The notes under the pieces were generated by a model, which was given only the letters and a program-made list of their open reading frames with translations, had not been told where the DNA came from and did no database searches. From Folioceros fuciformis (taxonomy: Eukaryota), in assembly GCA_049999805.1 (NCBI GenBank), contig JBNGIO010005370.1, positions 1-63,098 of the forward strand: a stretch of DNA of 63,098 bases. The letters run 5' to 3'. Below, one piece after another: positions 11,662-23,698 of the stretch. The position numbers and the translations under genes were made by a program. Positions within the stretch are counted from its first letter, which is position 1. The number at the start of each line of letters is the position of its first letter.

Positions 11662-14078
11662 TAGTCCTTTCCTTCAATGTCTGTCTACGATAGGAGCTGC
11701 GCTCAGAAAGACACTTCAACGCCATCTCCATCCTTAGGCTCCGAACCGCTGTTACCTGACTTCTGGGGAAGGGGGAAGGGGAAGCAAATAGAATGTCTGC
11801 AGCCGCAGCCAATCTTGAGCACAGCTCTTGAAACGGTCGGCCATGGGACATATGCTACCCGAGGGAGGCAACCAGAATGCCAGATCTTCGTCATACCACT
11901 TGAATGCCAGAAGTTCTTCATACCGCTTGAATCCAATACAATATTCCTGTACGTACATTATCCGAAAACGGAAAAAGATTGGTGGGTACTGCCACTCAAC
12001 TAGTGGCGAGCCTATTCCATGAGTTGTTCGGTACATTACCCAGGTGGACAACGTTTGCTTACGGTCCTGAGTTTGCTTCAATTTCAAGAGCGGCAAGTCT
12101 TGCCAAGCTCGTGGTCGTTAGCCGTATGTCTGCACACACGGACGAACAAACTCGCCATTGGACGCCCGCCGTAAACTGGGCGCTCAGTCAGATGTCCAGG
12201 CCAGGGCAACCTTCGCTGGTGCAGTCTACTACTCCTTCCGGCCCGTTGTCCTGTACAGATGAACACGAAATTTCCTTGCTACACATGTACGTGTATATCT
12301 ATGTGGGAAAGTGTGCAAATGGGGAAGTGCGCACCGGTTAGGTTGTAGAGACCAGTCCGTGGTGGGACAGACGCTCATGGGAAGCTCAGGCCCGGACGCC
12401 ATCCGATCTCCAAGGTCTTCAGCCAAGAAGAATTGTTTCACAATGTTCTGCGTTGAAATGCTTTTTCAAGTACGGGGGATATGACGTAATGTCCTACAGA
12501 AAAGTTCTGCAAACATGATGCTTTACAGCGGCAAGGAGAAAGCAGGTGCAGAATAAGCGACCAAACAGCAACAACCAGATTCTAGACGTCAGAAATCAAC
12601 GAAGCGCACCAAAGTGATCTGCACCAGGCTGGAGCCACTAGGCAGGGTAGCTCCAAAGTTGCACGAGAACAAAGCAAATCATTTAGCAGCGAGCTCGGTT
12701 CATTCGAAGAGCGTTCAGAACACAACACGGAAAATTCGCGAAAACTATGGGAAAGCCGCCTGAGAATAACAGGTTCCGTGATGAGCCGTTACCAGCTAAA
12801 TCTAAAAGCAATCAGATGACCAGCTGGACGTCTCCTGCAGAACAGAACCGACACTTGCACAGCGATCCAGCAACCGGAAATGCGTGTTACGATAAGTTGT
12901 CAAATGGAGAACTGAATCTTGCGGAAACAGCGTATGTCGTTCAACCAGTCCAGAACACAGCACAGAACGGCTGCCAGCATCACATACAGCGACTCGCCGT
13001 CACCTTCCAAATCGAGCCGCGGCATCTATAGCTGGCAGGCTTTCAAATCACCTGCTGGAGAAGCAGGCAAACAACGCCAGACAAATGCGCTGAGGCGAAG
13101 AACACCGAACAGGTCCAAATAGATTGCGCAACGGTTGCTGGAGAAGCCAAATCTTGCGGGACGGCTCCTCTCCTCCTACGACAGTCCACAAATCTGCACA
13201 ACGCAGTCCCGCAAACCAAGGCGAGAAGGAAAATCCGCCGGGAAGCTCCTGATTGCGCGCTCTCGCAGACTAGAACACTGCCACGTCACTAGGGCAGAGC
13301 ATGCACGTGGCACAGGGATTCCACGAGCCGAAACTACTCAACCAGGCCCTTCCCACACGCTCCCACGGGCCCCCACACTTAACCCGAGCTGCGTCGTAGG
13401 CTCGGTGCCTGCAACACACGCCACGTCGGCCAAAGGGCTCCAATCGGACACCCGACACCCGGTACCCGGGATCAGATTTTTCAACTGGCGCTACGGTTCT
13501 GCCCGCGGGTGGCTCTATCCAGCCCAAGTCCACCCCGCCCAAGTCGGCCGTGTCGGGCATAGCAGGCGCTCTTCCCGGTTAAGCTACCCGCTCCGGGGAC
13601 GTAAATTGCGGCGCAGGCCCCGTTGCGCCCGCCAATATATAGCTGGGTCCAAAAACCAGGAAATCGTTGCACACTCGCAGCCTCTAGCTGCCGGAGATCA
13701 GCCGATCGGTGTATTCCTTCCCCCGGCTGCGAAGTCCTCTCCGTCCCGGAATTGAAGGGCATTGGACGGAGTGCAAGCTGCCCGGTCAAGCTTGAGGAGG
13801 GTGCGCGCCTGTACGGCTGCGTAGGAGCGTAATAAGGTCGGTTCAATTCCGATGCGGCCAGCGGAGCGTGAAGGACATTGTGTTGTATGCGTTGCGGAAT
13901 GCCTTGCATTGCATTGCTGTAGCTGGAGCCTGCCGCTCATCGGAGTTGTCATGGATTGGTGCAGGTTTTCTAGTGGATTTGAGTCTGTTACGGCGGGGCC
14001 TTGACAGAGATTTTCTGGTAGTAGGGGAGTGGCCAACCGGAAGCTTCGTGTTGAAGTTCTGGTGTGGAGAGCGTAGCT

Positions 14079-15829
14079 ATGGCGGTCTCCGTGAAGGGCC
14101 TGCTACTGTTTCTCCTCGTCTTGTGCACTTGTGTGAGCTGGATTTCTGCACAGACCCCAGCACCGGCGCCTAGAACTCCGGCTCCTCCGGTCGATGACGA
14201 TGAAGACGAGGCACCTGAGCCTGGAGTGGAGCCAGAGGATGAGAGTAAGCAAGGATTTGCGCTCTTTGTAACGTTGATCAATTTATGGTGATTTTTACCA
14301 GCATTTGGCGTGGGAAGACGCCGCGCGAGACGCTCTCATTGTGCTTTTTTGCTGTGATGTGTTCAGTCTGGACTTGGTGTGTGACGGATGCCAGCGACAA
14401 GCCGACGTGTGATTCCATGGTTCAGATCCTCGCAGGCCTTGATCCGGAGAAGGAGCACACTCACAACTGGTTAATCGCCGCGATTCACCTCTGTGTACTT
14501 GTGGCCAAAAGCTGTGAGTGGGAAAGTGTTATCTTAACTTTTTGCGTATCGTGCTGTATCGTGCTGCAGTATTATCGGAAATGGAGATGAAGACTGCATG
14601 AAAAAGGTTCAAAGCGGCGAGGCTAAGTTTGTCATCTTGGACGGTGGAGAGATTTGGGAAGCTAATAATGAGTATGGCCTGAAGCCCATCCGCACAGAGG
14701 TTTCCGCATTGGAAGGTAGCTACTACGGCGTGGGGATTGTGAAGGCAGGAAAGTGCCCCGGAAGCCTGAGTGACTTGAAGGGAAAGCGGTCGTGCCACAC
14801 CGGCTACAACAGAGCTACCGGATGGGTGTTTCCCGTGACCTATCTCGTTGATAACAAGATCATGCCTGTTGTCACCACGTAAGTGTAATGTCTGCCGTGA
14901 ATTTTGTTGTCACCACGTAAGTTTAATGTCTGCCGTGAATCTTGCAGTGTAAATGCGTATGAATCTTGCAGTGTAAATGCGTATGGCTGGCTTCTTGGTG
15001 TTACAGCTTGTTTTTTGACATGGACAGGGGCCCTCAATCCAACGACATCGAGTCTGTGAAAGCCTTTTTCAAAGCATCTTGCGCTGCGAACTCAGATCCC
15101 AATAAGGAAATATGTACTGCCTGCAAGATTAAGAACGCCTGCACCAAGTCCGATCCTTACTATGATTACGAGGGAGCTTTCAGGGGTTTGGTCGAGGATG
15201 CTTGTGATGTTGCCTTCACCAAGCACACCATAGTGGGCCAGTATGCGGTTGGTGGCCGATCCGCAGCGTCTGATTGGACAGGCCTGCAGGATGCATCGAA
15301 TTATGAGATTCTGTGCCCTAACAAGTACAATGGGAAAGTGTGTACCGATCCCGCCAACTATAAGGCTTGCAACTTCGGACAAGCCCCTGGACACGCCATC
15401 ATGGTGGCCAAAGACTATCCAGACTATGAGATCAACGAGTTCAACAACGTCATGAACGCAGCCAACTCGGACCCTGCCTTCATCAATTTGTTCTTTTCTG
15501 GTAAGATAGCGAGTCGCATAGGAAATTCCACGCAAAGTCTGACCATTTTTCCTTACTCGTGGCGAGGACATTGGCATCACTCTAATTTGGTTCGCCCAAC
15601 TGCTTCCTCAGGAAACAACAAAGAGGGACATATTTTTGCCCCAGATGCAACAAGGACGGTCATTTACACAGGAACCACCCAAGCTTTACTCGGCAACTTC
15701 TACAAAAACATCCAGGACTTGGAGAGTATCAATGCGCAGAAGACCTCGCCTAATAACGGTGACATAGCGAACACCGTATCTGCTTCGCTTTCTCTGATAG
15801 CCGGTCTCCTGTACCTCGTCTTTCAGTAG
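14079..15829 (+). CDS. Single-lobe transferrin-family protein 1, 422 aa, 5 exons; signal peptide and GPI-like C-terminus
   Basis: Exons 14079-14244, 14367-14469, 14570-14878, 15028-15500, 15612-15829 in consistent phase. Motifs LDGGE, SYYGVGIVK, KRSCHTGYNRATGW, YYDYEGAFRGL, DVAFTKH, APGHAI; ends SLIAGLLYLVFQ*. Confidence 0.92.
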
Positions 15830-17389
15830 CTAGAACGCTCTTGTGGACTTGAAATTATTAGAGTTTGCGGTGTCCAGTTCCTAGATAATGAGGCTTTCCT
15901 CCTCCTTCCAGCCCAAAACGGAGTGTGTAAACGTAGCCACGTCCACATTCCACCCCCTTTGTTTGGGCAAGTTGCCACCAGCTGTGCGAAGAAATTTCCA
16001 TTGCTGATTAGGAGAGCTGGCTTCGTTGTAACGATGTGTGCATATTGAGTGCAAACAAAAAAAGTTTAAAGTTGCCAAGTTTCTTCTACTGAGAATTTTT
16101 TTTTCTTCAACAAAGAAAAGAGAACATATAGAAGTAACAGATACGCTTGTATAACATTATTTGTTCACCGTGTGCATGAAACACATTGTGGCTATCTTCT
16201 GCTAGTGATAGATTTTGCCAGGGCATATTCTCCCAGTGTACAGCGTAAGGATAACAAGACTGATACTCCACACGTGAAGTGCTGCCAGTGCGAGAGAGAA
16301 AGTGTATGGTAAGGCAAACATTTGACCTTAGGTGGAGAAGAGGAGAAAGGGAAGGCGGCCGAACAGCCGACAGGGAGACTAACGGTGTGGCAGACAGACA
16401 AGTCCACACATATTTGAAACAATATTTTTAATTTGTTGACTGGATAAATGGATAAAAGGAAGGCCGGCATACCCACTGGCGGCGCAGTTGGGCTGGGATT
16501 TTGTGGGGAACGTGGCATGCCGATGTCGCTACTACCCAAATGGACAGTGGCAGTGAGAGCGGGACACGAGGCGAGCTGGGTATCCCTCTCCGCCCCACAC
16601 GCCGGCACGGACCAGCACACGGTGCCCGAGGCTGTGGTCGCCACCTGGGCGCCAAGCAAGCCCTAACTTGCCACGTCGGGTCAAGTGTGGCTGCCCCTGC
16701 TGCAGCCTCCAGGGTGGTCAGGGGTTGTACCCGGGCCGGCTCACCCCGACCAGTCGGCTCGTGTCGCGGAACCCGGTACCGAGCGGTTAGTAACCGGGCG
16801 TGGACCGGGTAGGAGGGCCGCAATTGGCGGCGCAAGTGGCATGGCGGCAACCCGCCGGGGCAACGTACTTAAGCCAGCCTTGGCCATGGGAATGGCAGGA
16901 ATCAAGCACTCGCGCCTCGGCTGCAGTCCGGGTCTGGGAATCCAGCTGCGTGGGGGACCTGGGCCTGGATGCGCCTCTCGCGAATCTCTGCACCGTTCTG
17001 GAAGCGTCTGGAAGGGTCTGGAAGCGCGGTTTGGTTTCGGTGTCGTCTGCGACTTGCTGTGGTGCGTTTGGTCAGTCGTGTTTTTGCGAGACGCTGGCTG
17101 GCCTGATTGGAAATTTGGCAGTGCAGTGTGCGGATTGTGCTGCATTGTGGTGCGGTGGTGGAGGTGGTTTTCTTGATCAGCGTCTCTGTGTGTGGGAGGA
17201 GGATTTTTGGAGGAGGATTTGCAGTGCCGGTGATGGATTACTGCATTGCGACGTTCTGAATAGTTGGTTGTGGATGTGGCAGGGGTTTGTATTGCATTGG
17301 AGTCGTGGCCTAGGCTGGTGTTGAGGAGACTGAGGCAGAGGCAGAGTTTGAGGTTTTTTGTTTTCTTTGTGTGAGCGGGGATACGGATA

Positions 17390-19064
17390 ATGGCTCGGAG
17401 CGTGTGGAGCCAGCTGTTGGCGCTTTCGGTCCTGCTTCTGTTCGTGAGCTGGACAGGTGTGGTGAAGGCCCAGGAGGAGGCGGGTGAAGCTCCTGAGCCT
17501 GGAGTCGAGCCAGAGGATGAAAGTAAGTTTGTGCACGTCGATGCGGGGAGGACATTCGTAGAGCGACGTTTTGAAGAGCCAGGTTGAAGTTTTGGAATTG
17601 TCGGCTTGTTTTGGTGAGCAGAGTGGACTTGGTGTGTGACGGACACGAGCGACAAGCCGACGTGTGATGCGATGGTCAAGATCCTCCAAGCTCTGGATCC
17701 AGAGGACGAGCACGTTCACTCGTGGTGCGTTTTTCGGTCTTGGTGGTTTTGGTTTTCGTTGTTTGTAGCGTGGTGAGGGCAGATTGGAGGTGGAGGATTA
17801 CATTACGAATCGCTGGATTTGAATATGGTTGCGTGCAGTATCGTCGGGAACGGAGACGAAGACTGTATGAAGAGGGTCCAGAGCGGGGAAGCAAAGTTCG
17901 TGGTCCTGGACGGCGGTGAGATCTGGGAAGCCAGCAACGAGTACGGGTTGAAGCCTATCCGAACAGAGGTTTCGCAACTGGAGGGGAGCTACTACGGCGT
18001 GGGGATCGTGAAGAAAGGCAAGTGCCCGGGAAGCCTGGCTGACTTGAGGGGCAAGCGGTCCTGTCACACTGGCTACAACAGGGCCACCGGATGGGTGTTC
18101 CCCGTCACCTATCTTATAGACAACAAGATCATGCCCGTCGTCACCACGTAAGCTTCATTATTACGATTGTCCTCCAGATTCCGGAGCGGATGACTTCAGG
18201 TCCTGCAATTGCCAGAAATAAACATGTAGCGACTGGGATGGATTCGTCGAAGTCAGGTGATAATGCGGCTGACTGGGGGCTTTGTGGCAGGGGTCCTCAA
18301 TCCAACGACATCGAGTCTGTGAAGGCCTTCTTCAAGGCATCCTGTGCTGCCAACTCAGATCCCAACAAGGAGATCTGTTCTGCTTGCAAGATCAAGACCG
18401 CCTGCACCAAGTCTGACCCCTACTACGACTACGAGGGGTCTTTCAGGGGTTTGGTAGAGGATGCGTGCGACGTGGCCTTCACCAAGCACACAATAGTAGG
18501 CCAGTATGCCATGGGAGGAAGGTCTGCAGCGGCCGACTGGACCGGCCTGCAGGACGCAACCAATTATCAGATTCTGTGCCCTAACAAGTACAACGGGCAG
18601 GTGTGCACTGATCCCAGTAACTACAAGTCTTGCAACTTCGGCCAAGCCCCTGGCCACGCTATTCTGGTGGCCAAGGACTACCCGGACATCGAGATCAACG
18701 AGTTCAACAATGTCATGAATGCAGCCAACTCCGACGCTGCTTTCATCAACTTGTTTTTCTCTGGTCAGCTTCTTGCACCCTGCGCGCAACCATTCTTGCA
18801 TGCACGGTCTTTGTCTAACGCTACAATTTTCACTCCCTCGTATGTGCAGGAAACAACAAGGAGGGACACATTTTCGCACCAGACGCAACCAGGACTGTGG
18901 TATACACTGGAACCGCCCAGGCCCTTCTTGGAAATTTCTACAAGAACATCCAGGATTTGGAGAGTATCAACGCCCAGAAGGGCCCCACTGGCAGTGGAAC
19001 CAAGACTACCTCGTCAATTTTCTTGTCATTGGCTCTAGGTCTCCTGTACCTATTGTTTCAGTAG
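17390..19064 (+). CDS. Single-lobe transferrin-family protein 2 (tandem paralog), 410 aa, 5 exons
   Basis: Exons 17390-17522, 17622-17724, 17839-18147, 18291-18763, 18850-19064. Same intron positions and motifs as copy 1; ends SLALGLLYLLFQ*. Confidence 0.92.
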
Positions 19065-19812
19065 GCTTAGTGATAGAATCAGTCCCTCCCATCGGTCAGG
19101 TTGGTCTACGGCGTGGTGTGCAGCTTCGCAACGTGTACTGTCTATACACTGGGCGGGGGTGTTGTGTTGCTAGTAAGAGCGTGGGCAAAAAGGTGTGTAC
19201 TTTTAGAAAAATCTCATTAAAAATTTAATGAAAAAATGATTTCAGAAAGAAGTGTAGCCAAATCGATGAGAGGACATTTCCTTCTCGTACGAAATAGAAG
19301 GAACAATTTCCTAAACTATACTCACGTGAACGAAATGCCCACGCGAACAGGACCCTTCGTTCAAAGGGAGGCACCGGCATATCTGTGGCATTACCACTTC
19401 TGTGGGTGGTAAATCCTGGAAAATTCGTTGCAGCTGGTGAAGGAATTACCCGTCTTGAAGGGAAATGTGAAGGAATTGCCCGTCGTCACGGCACAATCCT
19501 TGTTACGATGCCTGACCTCATTCCACCATGTCACAATTCTAGTTAAGTCTCCTCCTCCTTCGCAGTATACCAAAGCTAGGTCGTAGAAAGGAGCCCTGGT
19601 TCGTTCCCCCTGGACCAATCAGGGGTCTGTTCTGAGGCCTTTCTGGGACTGTTCACTCAACTTCGTGAAAAGATGGATAACGGTTCACTCGGTTCTCATC
19701 AACTAGTCGGAGTCTAGCCGTGTAAACATGATAGCTAACACTCACTAAAACTCGCGGGACAATTTCCATTGCCTCTTCATCGAAAGGAATTGGCCCACCA
19801 GTAAAGTGAAAA

Positions 19813-21282
19813 CTAGTACCTGAGACTCTTAGCCACCTCAAAAAAGTGAGCGACGTTCTCCTCTGGCGTGCCCAACAGCACCCCATGTCCAAGGTTGAGG
19901 ATGTGTTTCCGAGTCCCCGCCTGACCCACGGTTTCATGGATCCGCTGAGAGATGAAGTCCTTTGTTCCGAACAGGACCCCTGGATCTATATTGCCCTGCA
20001 CTGCGCGATCCGTTCCTACCCTCTGCCTGGCTTCCGCCATGTCTACTGTCCAGTCCAGGCTAATGACATCTACGTCCGCCGTAGCCATTCGCTCCAGTAA
20101 CCCCCCGCTGCCACTGGCGTACAGGATGAGAGGGAGGTGAGGATGCGTGGCTTTCACTTCTCTCACTATCTGGTTGATGTATGGAAGGCTGAAAACCTCA
20201 AAATCCTTGGGGCTAAGATGAGTTGCCCACGAGTCAAAAATCTGCACAGCCTGTGCGCCTTTATCTGCTTGATACCTCGTGTAAATTATCACCGACTCTG
20301 CTAGCTTCCGCAAGAGCGAATGCAGAATCTGCACACAACGACTATTAAATAAACGCAAAATACTCTGCAAATAAGATAAACAAGGTCCATACGAAAACGT
20401 GAGTAGCTACCTCTGGCGTCTCAAATGCCAGTCTTTTTATGACTGTAAAGTGCTTCGATGATCCGCCCTCCACAATGTAAGAAGCCAGAGTGAAAGGAGC
20501 ACCAACGAAGCCCAATACCGTGGACGCATTTCCAACCTGAACAGAAGGAAACTGTCAACACTCATCAAAAGGGAAATAACAATACTCACCACCGCAGCAC
20601 CATCGCCGGGTTACCCTAAGCTCCCCTCGAAGAACCGATGTGGTACAGGACATACCTCTGAGCGTAAGGCCGCCAGTGCCTCCCCGACATAAGGCACGGC
20701 TTCTTCCGGGACGAGCTCTCGAACTTCAGCAACGTCTGCTGCCGTCCGAATCGGCTTGTGGATAACTGGTCCTTTGCTCTTCAAGATATCGAATGGTATA
20801 TTCATCCCTGTCAAAGGAGTCAAGATGTCCGAGAAGAGAATGACCTGCGCACCACAATCAAGAAAGCATCGCATTGTGAACCTCATGCCACGTGCCACAT
20901 GAAACAACGGCAAAGCACACTCACTCCATCTGGCTTGAACGCCCTCCACGGTTGCAGGGACACTTCCACAGCAACATCCACATTCTCTGATCTCTCCCTA
21001 AAGGTTGGATACTTTTCACATAGCTGCTGATAAACCTGCAGACCAAGGCGCTTTTAGAACTCGGTGCTCTTGGAAAAGAGCCAACCCACACTCGGCTAAA
21101 AGGCCAGCTAGCAGGATCTGGCCCCTCAACCGAAACTGTGCTCTTGGAACATACCTTCATATATCTACCAGCCTGCCTCATCAACCAGACGGGAGGCCTA
21201 TCTACGGTTTCTCCACGGACTGCTCGCAACAAGAGAGGATCTGATGTATTTGCATGAAGAGACTCAGGAGCGACTGCTACTG
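19813..21282 (-). CDS. HEME: Uroporphyrinogen decarboxylase, apparently the C-terminal half of a PPa-UROD fusion
   Basis: Exons 21282-21155, 21035-20925, 20844-20656, 20536-20411, 20328-19813. Motifs [47 protein letters not shown]. No transit-peptide exon of its own. Confidence 0.96.
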
Positions 21283-21403
21283 CTGTAAACAAGAGAAAGG
21301 GCATACATGTCATGAATCTACTAACTGCACCTTCAGAATCAGATTGTCAGACAGAGACGTGACAACAAGAATTTCAAAGGTTTTGGCTGAAGGCCATCTG
21401 CAC

Positions 21404-23024
21404 CTGCTGATTTCTTCGCGAGTTTTGCCCAAGCCTGGTTCGTCTCTGCAATCACATTTAATGCGTAGTCCTGGAACAAGGGGAAACTCAACCTCCGTTA
21501 GTGGAAAGTGTTACGTGCGCCCACAGCGCCAGACCTTGTCCCAGATTTATGTCATGCCGATGGACATACTTTATCGGCCGGCTTGTTTTCGAGTCCGAAT
21601 TTATTGGCAGGTTTTCCATCAGGGATCTTGTAGTCCCTGAACCAGTCTCGAATGGCAGTCAACGTTCCCTGATGACAAGGGCACATCAAGTAACAAATCA
21701 GGCTGAGAAACTCCTCAATATCCTACTCCCAGCGCACTCTGCATTCAAGGCATGACTTGATAAATACCGGAAAGTGTTTCTCCATGCTCTCCACATCGTT
21801 GACAAGAGAAGCCTTGGGGTCATCCACAGAGATGGCCACGACCTTCCAGTCCAGCTCGCCTTCATCGATCATGGCTAAAACTGCTAGTGGTTTGACCTGT
21901 AACACATCCCCGATCTTTGCTTGTCTCTCCCCGATTTCCACAACATCCACTGCACCAGAACACGGACACTTGAATTTAAGCACCTGCTGTCGTAAGAAAC
22001 AACGACTCACCCCAATTTTTGAAAAAGTCTTCAGGAAGCAGGTCCTTCACCTTGCCAGACTGTCTATGACGACTGGTAAACGCGTGCGAACGAACCTGGA
22101 TCATTGTCCCCAAATGCTCCTTCGACCTCCTTATTTGAGTGTTCCGGATCCTCCCAAGTTTGAGGCAGCAATCCATAATTCCAGTTTATGTTGTACCTGA
22201 CATTTCCACCAAAGAGTCATTTCCTCCCCCAGACTAGGACGTTATAAACGAATCAACCTGTCACACCACCAAGACATCGAATGAGGAGTACCGTAGACAG
22301 CACATACGGATAGTAGCGCAGCTTGCCCTTCTTGGTATCCTGTTTGATTGGATTGTGAGTCTCATCAGTTGCCACCTCCATTTTAGCCTTGGTTTCCTTC
22401 GGAATCTCCACAACGAAGTTAAACAGGCCATTTCCAGCATGGAGCGGGATGTCATGCCAAGGGGAAATCTGAGAGAGAGGAAAAAAACCGTCAACAACCA
22501 CCGATTCATAGTCTTCGAACCTCCATCACTCAACTCCAATCCAGAACGAACAAACACACTCCCTCACGCTTCACCATTGCTAACAAAAATCGTTCTACGG
22601 AACACCGCCATTGATTCCAAATTCTTCACACACAATCTCCTCATAGCACCGCGAAAAAAATGCACTCTTCGCCCGCCTCACTCAGCTCGGAAACTAATGC
22701 AGGCCAGATAGGCACGCTTCCAGCATTACTCACAGTCTTCCCCGACTCGTCAGAGAAGAAGACTCGGTAGTCGAGAGTCTCCGCCTTCCCTTCCTCCCGC
22801 ACCGCATAGTCCGGCCGCTGCAGCGCTCGCAACAAATGTAGGCCCCGCCTGGAACCGCTGGAAGCAGCAGGCCTGCGCCGCTGCCGGACCGCCTGGCCCG
22901 TCCATGCCCCGAGGCAGGCGCGCAGACCCGCAGGAACAGCGCACACCTCGATCTGCCGGGACAGGACCCGCGCAGAGGCCGGCGCACAGTAGGGCACGGC
23001 AGTCCGCACCCCAGCCACCGCCAT
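21404..23024 (-). CDS. Plastid-type soluble inorganic pyrophosphatase (PPa6-like), apparently the N-terminal half of the fusion
   Basis: Exons 23024-22734, 22468-22308, 22196-22096, 21949-21768, 21668-21570, 21470-21404. Ala/Arg-rich transit-peptide-like N-terminus; [53 protein letters not shown]. Confidence 0.95.
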
Positions 23025-23132
23025 CGCTGCGCCTCGCCAAGCTCGTCTCAGAATTCCACTGAGTCACCTCCTCCTCTTCGCCTTCAGGCAGACGAGCTCC
23101 AGACCCAAGCTCTGCTCCAATGAACGACTGTT

Positions 23133-23255
23133 ATCAGGTCTGTTATCTGTTTGCAGATTACCATGAATCGCGTTTCATTTCTCTGCTGTTGCATGTTGCT
23201 GTCAGGTCTGTTATCTTTTTGCTGATTGCCGACAGAATCGCGTTTCATTCCTCTG
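23133..23255. repeat. Direct duplication (~69-bp period) in the divergent PPa/FPPS intergenic region
   Basis: TCAGGTCTGTTATCT...GAATCGCGTTTCATT(T/C)CTCTG occurs twice. Confidence 0.75.
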
Positions 23256-23698
23256 ATGCTGTTTATTGAACTTGGCGGCTCTTGAGGAGAGAACAGAAGG
23301 AATAAGGCAAAAAAGCCCTTGTCGGGACTCTGAAGAGCCAGGCCAAAGGAGAAAAAGGCCCCTCGGTGCTGAAGCCTCGGTTACCAGAAAAGCCGGGTGG
23401 ACAGATCCATGCCCCTACCTGCATTGATTCTGGAGGCCCGGCTTCGCTGACCGTCGGACGGAGCGCGAAGGGTTTTTTCGAAGGCCTCGTCTGTTTCCGG
23501 TGGTGCTGTCCCGTTCTCGGATCTGAATTCTTGATACCAAGTATTGCTGGATTGAGATGTTTTCATGCCAGTCTGGTATCAAGACTGGAGGATTGGGATC
23601 GGGGGTTTGTGTTGTACTTTCTCGGCATGCAGCTATGGAGATTGCATGTTGTGAGTCGTGTTCGTTTTCTCAGGCCGTCTTGCCTTGCGTCGAGGACG

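Noticed and set aside
16428-17679. Long GC-rich ORFs (e.g. 312 aa on minus strand) upstream of transferrin 2
   Set aside because: Low-complexity translations overlapping a promoter/5' UTR and antisense to a real gene; no motifs.
21283-21313. Independent UROD start at ATG 21313 ([10 protein letters not shown])
   Set aside because: The stretch is the polypyrimidine tract and acceptor of a typical intron and would give no transit peptide; disfavoured, though not formally excluded.
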